DNA of 53,015 nucleotides, counting the filler, from Catajapyx aquilonaris (taxonomy: Eukaryota): NCBI GenBank assembly GCA_000934665.2. It is 2 parts of 2 records of this genome, joined end to end, with 100 filler letters (N's around TTAATTAATTAA, not from the genome) between each part and the next. Parts side by side here need not be neighbours in the genome. Positions count along the whole stretch, not along the records: positions 26,564 to 53,015 come from JYFJ02005206.1; 1 more part is not named here. The stretch is one strand, 5' to 3'. The position numbers and the translations under genes were made by a program. Shown piece after piece: positions 50,201 through 53,015 of this stretch (within the stretch, counting starts at the first letter, position 1; every line of letters starts with the position of its first letter). The notes below the pieces were generated by a model, which saw nothing but the letters and a program-made list of their open reading frames with translations, did no database searches and was not told the origin of the DNA.

Positions 50201-51181
50201 CGGAGTTACTTTGATCCAAGTCAAACACTTGGAACACCTCAGTAACCTTCTTCTCTATATCAGCTGTTGATCCAACAAAAACTGACTGGTCTTGAGACTG
50301 TGGGACCTTTACTTTCTCTGCTGCAAGTTCATGGAAAATATTACTGAGGTATTCTTAAATCCATGTCCATCTGCATGAAGTAGTTAGCAGGAAATAATTG
50401 TTTTCCTTGTTACACTAGTGAATAATCAAGCACTTAACTACTATTATTTAGTTCTTAAAGTATTACAGTCATATTTATTGCATGAAATGCATGTCATATA
50501 TAATCTTGGCCATCCATTTCCATAAACTTACAGAAGTTAATTTAAAATAGGAATGTGTAATTAATCTAATTACATATACAACAACAACAACATCATCATC
50601 ACGACATTTCCCTATGAGGGGTAGTCAGCGATGAAGGGAGATGCAAGTTAACCCAACGTATGAACTAAATTAAAACTTGTGAAAATAAAACTATAAACTA
50701 CCAGTCCCACACCCCACCCCTGCCCATTTCAGAAGACAGACTCTAATTATATATCCTTTGCTAATAAGATCTGGGGGTGGAGGTGGGGGGGGGGGGGGNG
50801 GGGGTGGAAACGATGAGCTAGCCTACCACTGGCCAGTCAACATCAGAGGTCAAGGGTTCCTGGCTATAGCATACTTTCCTTTTATGTAGTCAGTTTTTTT
50901 TTCTTCTGCTTATGTAATGTCTCTGGTCTGATTATTATTTGAAATTAATATGTGAGATTGTTTTAAATATTCTTGTGCCTGCTTTGGGTACCATCCCTTC
51001 CCATATACTACTGTATATATATTATGTCAACCAAAATGTATTAATAATTGACATGATTTTATGCAATAGACCTAAGAAAGGTGAAATAACTACTGTACAT
51101 TCACAATTAATTAGCTGAATCATCATAACTTCAAAGCAAGATACCTGATGTATGTTCACTTTCATCTTCTGCAGACTCCAT
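47236..51181 (-). CDS. EFCAB2: EF-hand calcium-binding domain protein 2 / dynein regulatory complex subunit 8, 187 aa, 4 coding exons
   Basis: Exons 51181-51145, 50320-50162, 50070-49947 and 47479-47236 are in phase. FQVFDLDQSNSVNVREVGTILRYLGMCPTE and EGEPFSQDEL match the EFCAB2 pattern. The first exon is less certain. AATAAA is on the minus strand near 47157. Confidence 0.88.
47863..48024. mobile_element. 162-bp Tc1-like palindromic MITE
   Basis: TA|TAGTGTTGGACATTAATC...GATTAATGTCCAACACTG|TA. Confidence 0.82.
48561..49022 (+). mobile_element. SINE family B
   Basis: Homologous to the 35825 copy. Perfect 15-bp TSD AACTACCTGTGAAGT. Confidence 0.9.
49541..49899 (-). mobile_element. SINE family A
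   Basis: Homologous to the 7607 copy. Perfect 15-bp TSD TCACAATACATTATT and an A-rich tail. Confidence 0.9.
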
Positions 51182-51552
51182 GATTATTGATTTGTAAGGA
51201 TAAACAAGATCTCCATGGAGACACTAGTAATCAATATTTTTTTGCATACAATTTCTCAATTTCTAGTTGAACTCACTGGACTCGGAACTTAGAAATGTGG
51301 ACCAGATAGGGTTTAACTTTAGTTTGGCTTGATTAACGGCCAGTTTAATGATGGACAGTAGCGCTGTATTTTGTCGTAGTCACACACTGTAATTATACAT
51401 ATACGTATGTAACTTCCCTAAGCCTTCAGTCAACTGAACACTTACAGTTGTTAATATACTGACAAAATATGAAGTAACTTTCATTCCCTAATTACAACAT
51501 TAAAATTCTTGTAACTAATAAATGCAACAAAACTTTCTAGTGGTGATAGGTT

Positions 51553-51565
51553 GTTACCCTGTAAC
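51553..51565. promoter_or_regulatory. Candidate RFX X-box upstream of EFCAB2
   Basis: GTTACCCTGTAAC has one mismatch to GTNRCC(N0-3)RGYAAC and lies ~370 bp from the inferred ATG of a ciliary gene. Confidence 0.3.
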
Positions 51566-53015
51566 ATCTAGCCCCACTGTGAGCTTGGAAGGAAAATGTA
51601 GAGTGTGAGGTCGCCTGGGAATTCAAATGTGCCAAATGTAATGCCAAATTGATTCACATTGTTCACAAATAATACCATGTGAATTGTGTACAGTACGGTA
51701 TATACTATTAACAACTTCAACTTCAGAAGAAAAATGTCGCTCGTCAGCTCACCTTCATGCAATGATAGCCCAACTGGGTAACCGTAGTTGTTATATGACA
51801 GATTATAGCTATACAATTCAAAATAATAATCAACCATCACATCTAAGATTTTGCTTAAATTTGCTGTAGTGGGTTATCTTGCACTTGATCTTGCGTAAAT
51901 CACTGCTGTGAATAAAATTTCCTAGGCTATGACCTATGAGTGAGTACTGTACAAGCACAAAATCTGACAAAATCAGTAAAAAAAAAAAAAACTGCTTCTG
52001 AAAATCACTGGACATTTAGCGGAGATCCAGCATGTGTGTGTAGGCTACTGTGTAGTTCCTCCACATAAAAGAGCCATCTGGAGCTATATCCTTACCAAAG
52101 GCTACGTGTGGCGCACCTGAAAACCCTTGGGAAAACCTCCAACCAACCACTACACAGCAGAGTGCCACACAATGGGATTAAGGTGGAAATGAAGCTAGAG
52201 TCACTGAATGAGAATTTTATGAAAAAAACATATGTTACGCAGTTTTGTGTCCTCTTATCAATGGTGCAAAGAAAAATACACGTCACCGTGCAAATTAGCG
52301 AACTAGAGGGCTCAGAAGTTCGCGATTTAACATGGGCCCTTATGGCAGAATTTTCAATAGTCCACAAAAAAATGATAAGCAAATGAGAATTTTAAAATTT
52401 AATGTGGAATATGTCGGGAATTATATACTGATCGTAACCGCAAAAAGAAAAACCTGCCTCACCGTGCTCTTTCAATTTGTATTGCTGAAAAACGATCCGA
52501 TAATGATCCAGTGACGTCACATTGCTCCACTCGAGTGAGGACGTGGCAACACAGCGTTGTTTACGGTAGCGAGATACGGTTGCATACGACCGCGAAATAT
52601 GAGTGCAAGTTAGTATGGTGGTTTTCACAATGGCTCACACAGGATTTTCGTTTGGCGGGGGTGTTTGTCAGACGTCGGAACCGTTATATTAGTTTATATA
52701 TAGTTATAATTATAATATAATAATCGAATCATTCGAATCCACCCGGCAATGACGTCACATTGCTACGCGATAATTGGCCCGGACCTTTGCTGTGTTGCCG
52801 CTTCTATCTGCCACACGCGTACCAACTGAACGTGTTCCAAATCCGACACAAATGAAGAGCTACAGGCTCCCCTTTCGGAACTAAACTTTTAAAAATGCCA
52901 TGACAAATTGGGACCTCGTATAGGGACCGTGCGTTTGGAAAAATTTTGACACGTAGCGCCTCTCGTGGCGGACAGTGGCGTAAACATTTGGGCATGTCAG
53001 GCCGGGCGGATTGCG

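Noticed and set aside
52096..52116. 21-nt minus-strand micro-exon (CAG|...|GTAAG) as an EFCAB2 5' UTR exon
   Set aside because: Splice-like words alone are insufficient without transcript data.

Overview
Animal genomic DNA, probably an invertebrate and possibly an arthropod. A synthetic 100-nt linker (44 N + TTAATTAATTAA + 44 N, 26464-26563) joins two pieces that share SINE families, so they probably come from one genome but are not proven adjacent. The left half (1-26463) has no recognisable host gene. It holds foldback/MITE DNA elements, a non-autonomous Helitron with nested insertions, SINEs, microsatellites and a few enhancer- or promoter-like blocks. The right half holds four spliced genes reconstructed by hand with GT-AG introns and consistent phases: an RDH14-like SDR (minus), two tandem ECH1 delta3,5-delta2,4-dienoyl-CoA isomerases (plus, both ending in SKL) and EFCAB2/DRC8 (minus). 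It also holds an orphan third ECH1 last exon lacking SKL and a decayed Utopia/NeSL retrotransposon. The most notable pattern is that four different tRNA-headed SINE families and one truncated retroposon share a covarying 3' bulged stem-loop and ~15-bp TSDs. All alignments were done by eye and no database search was run.
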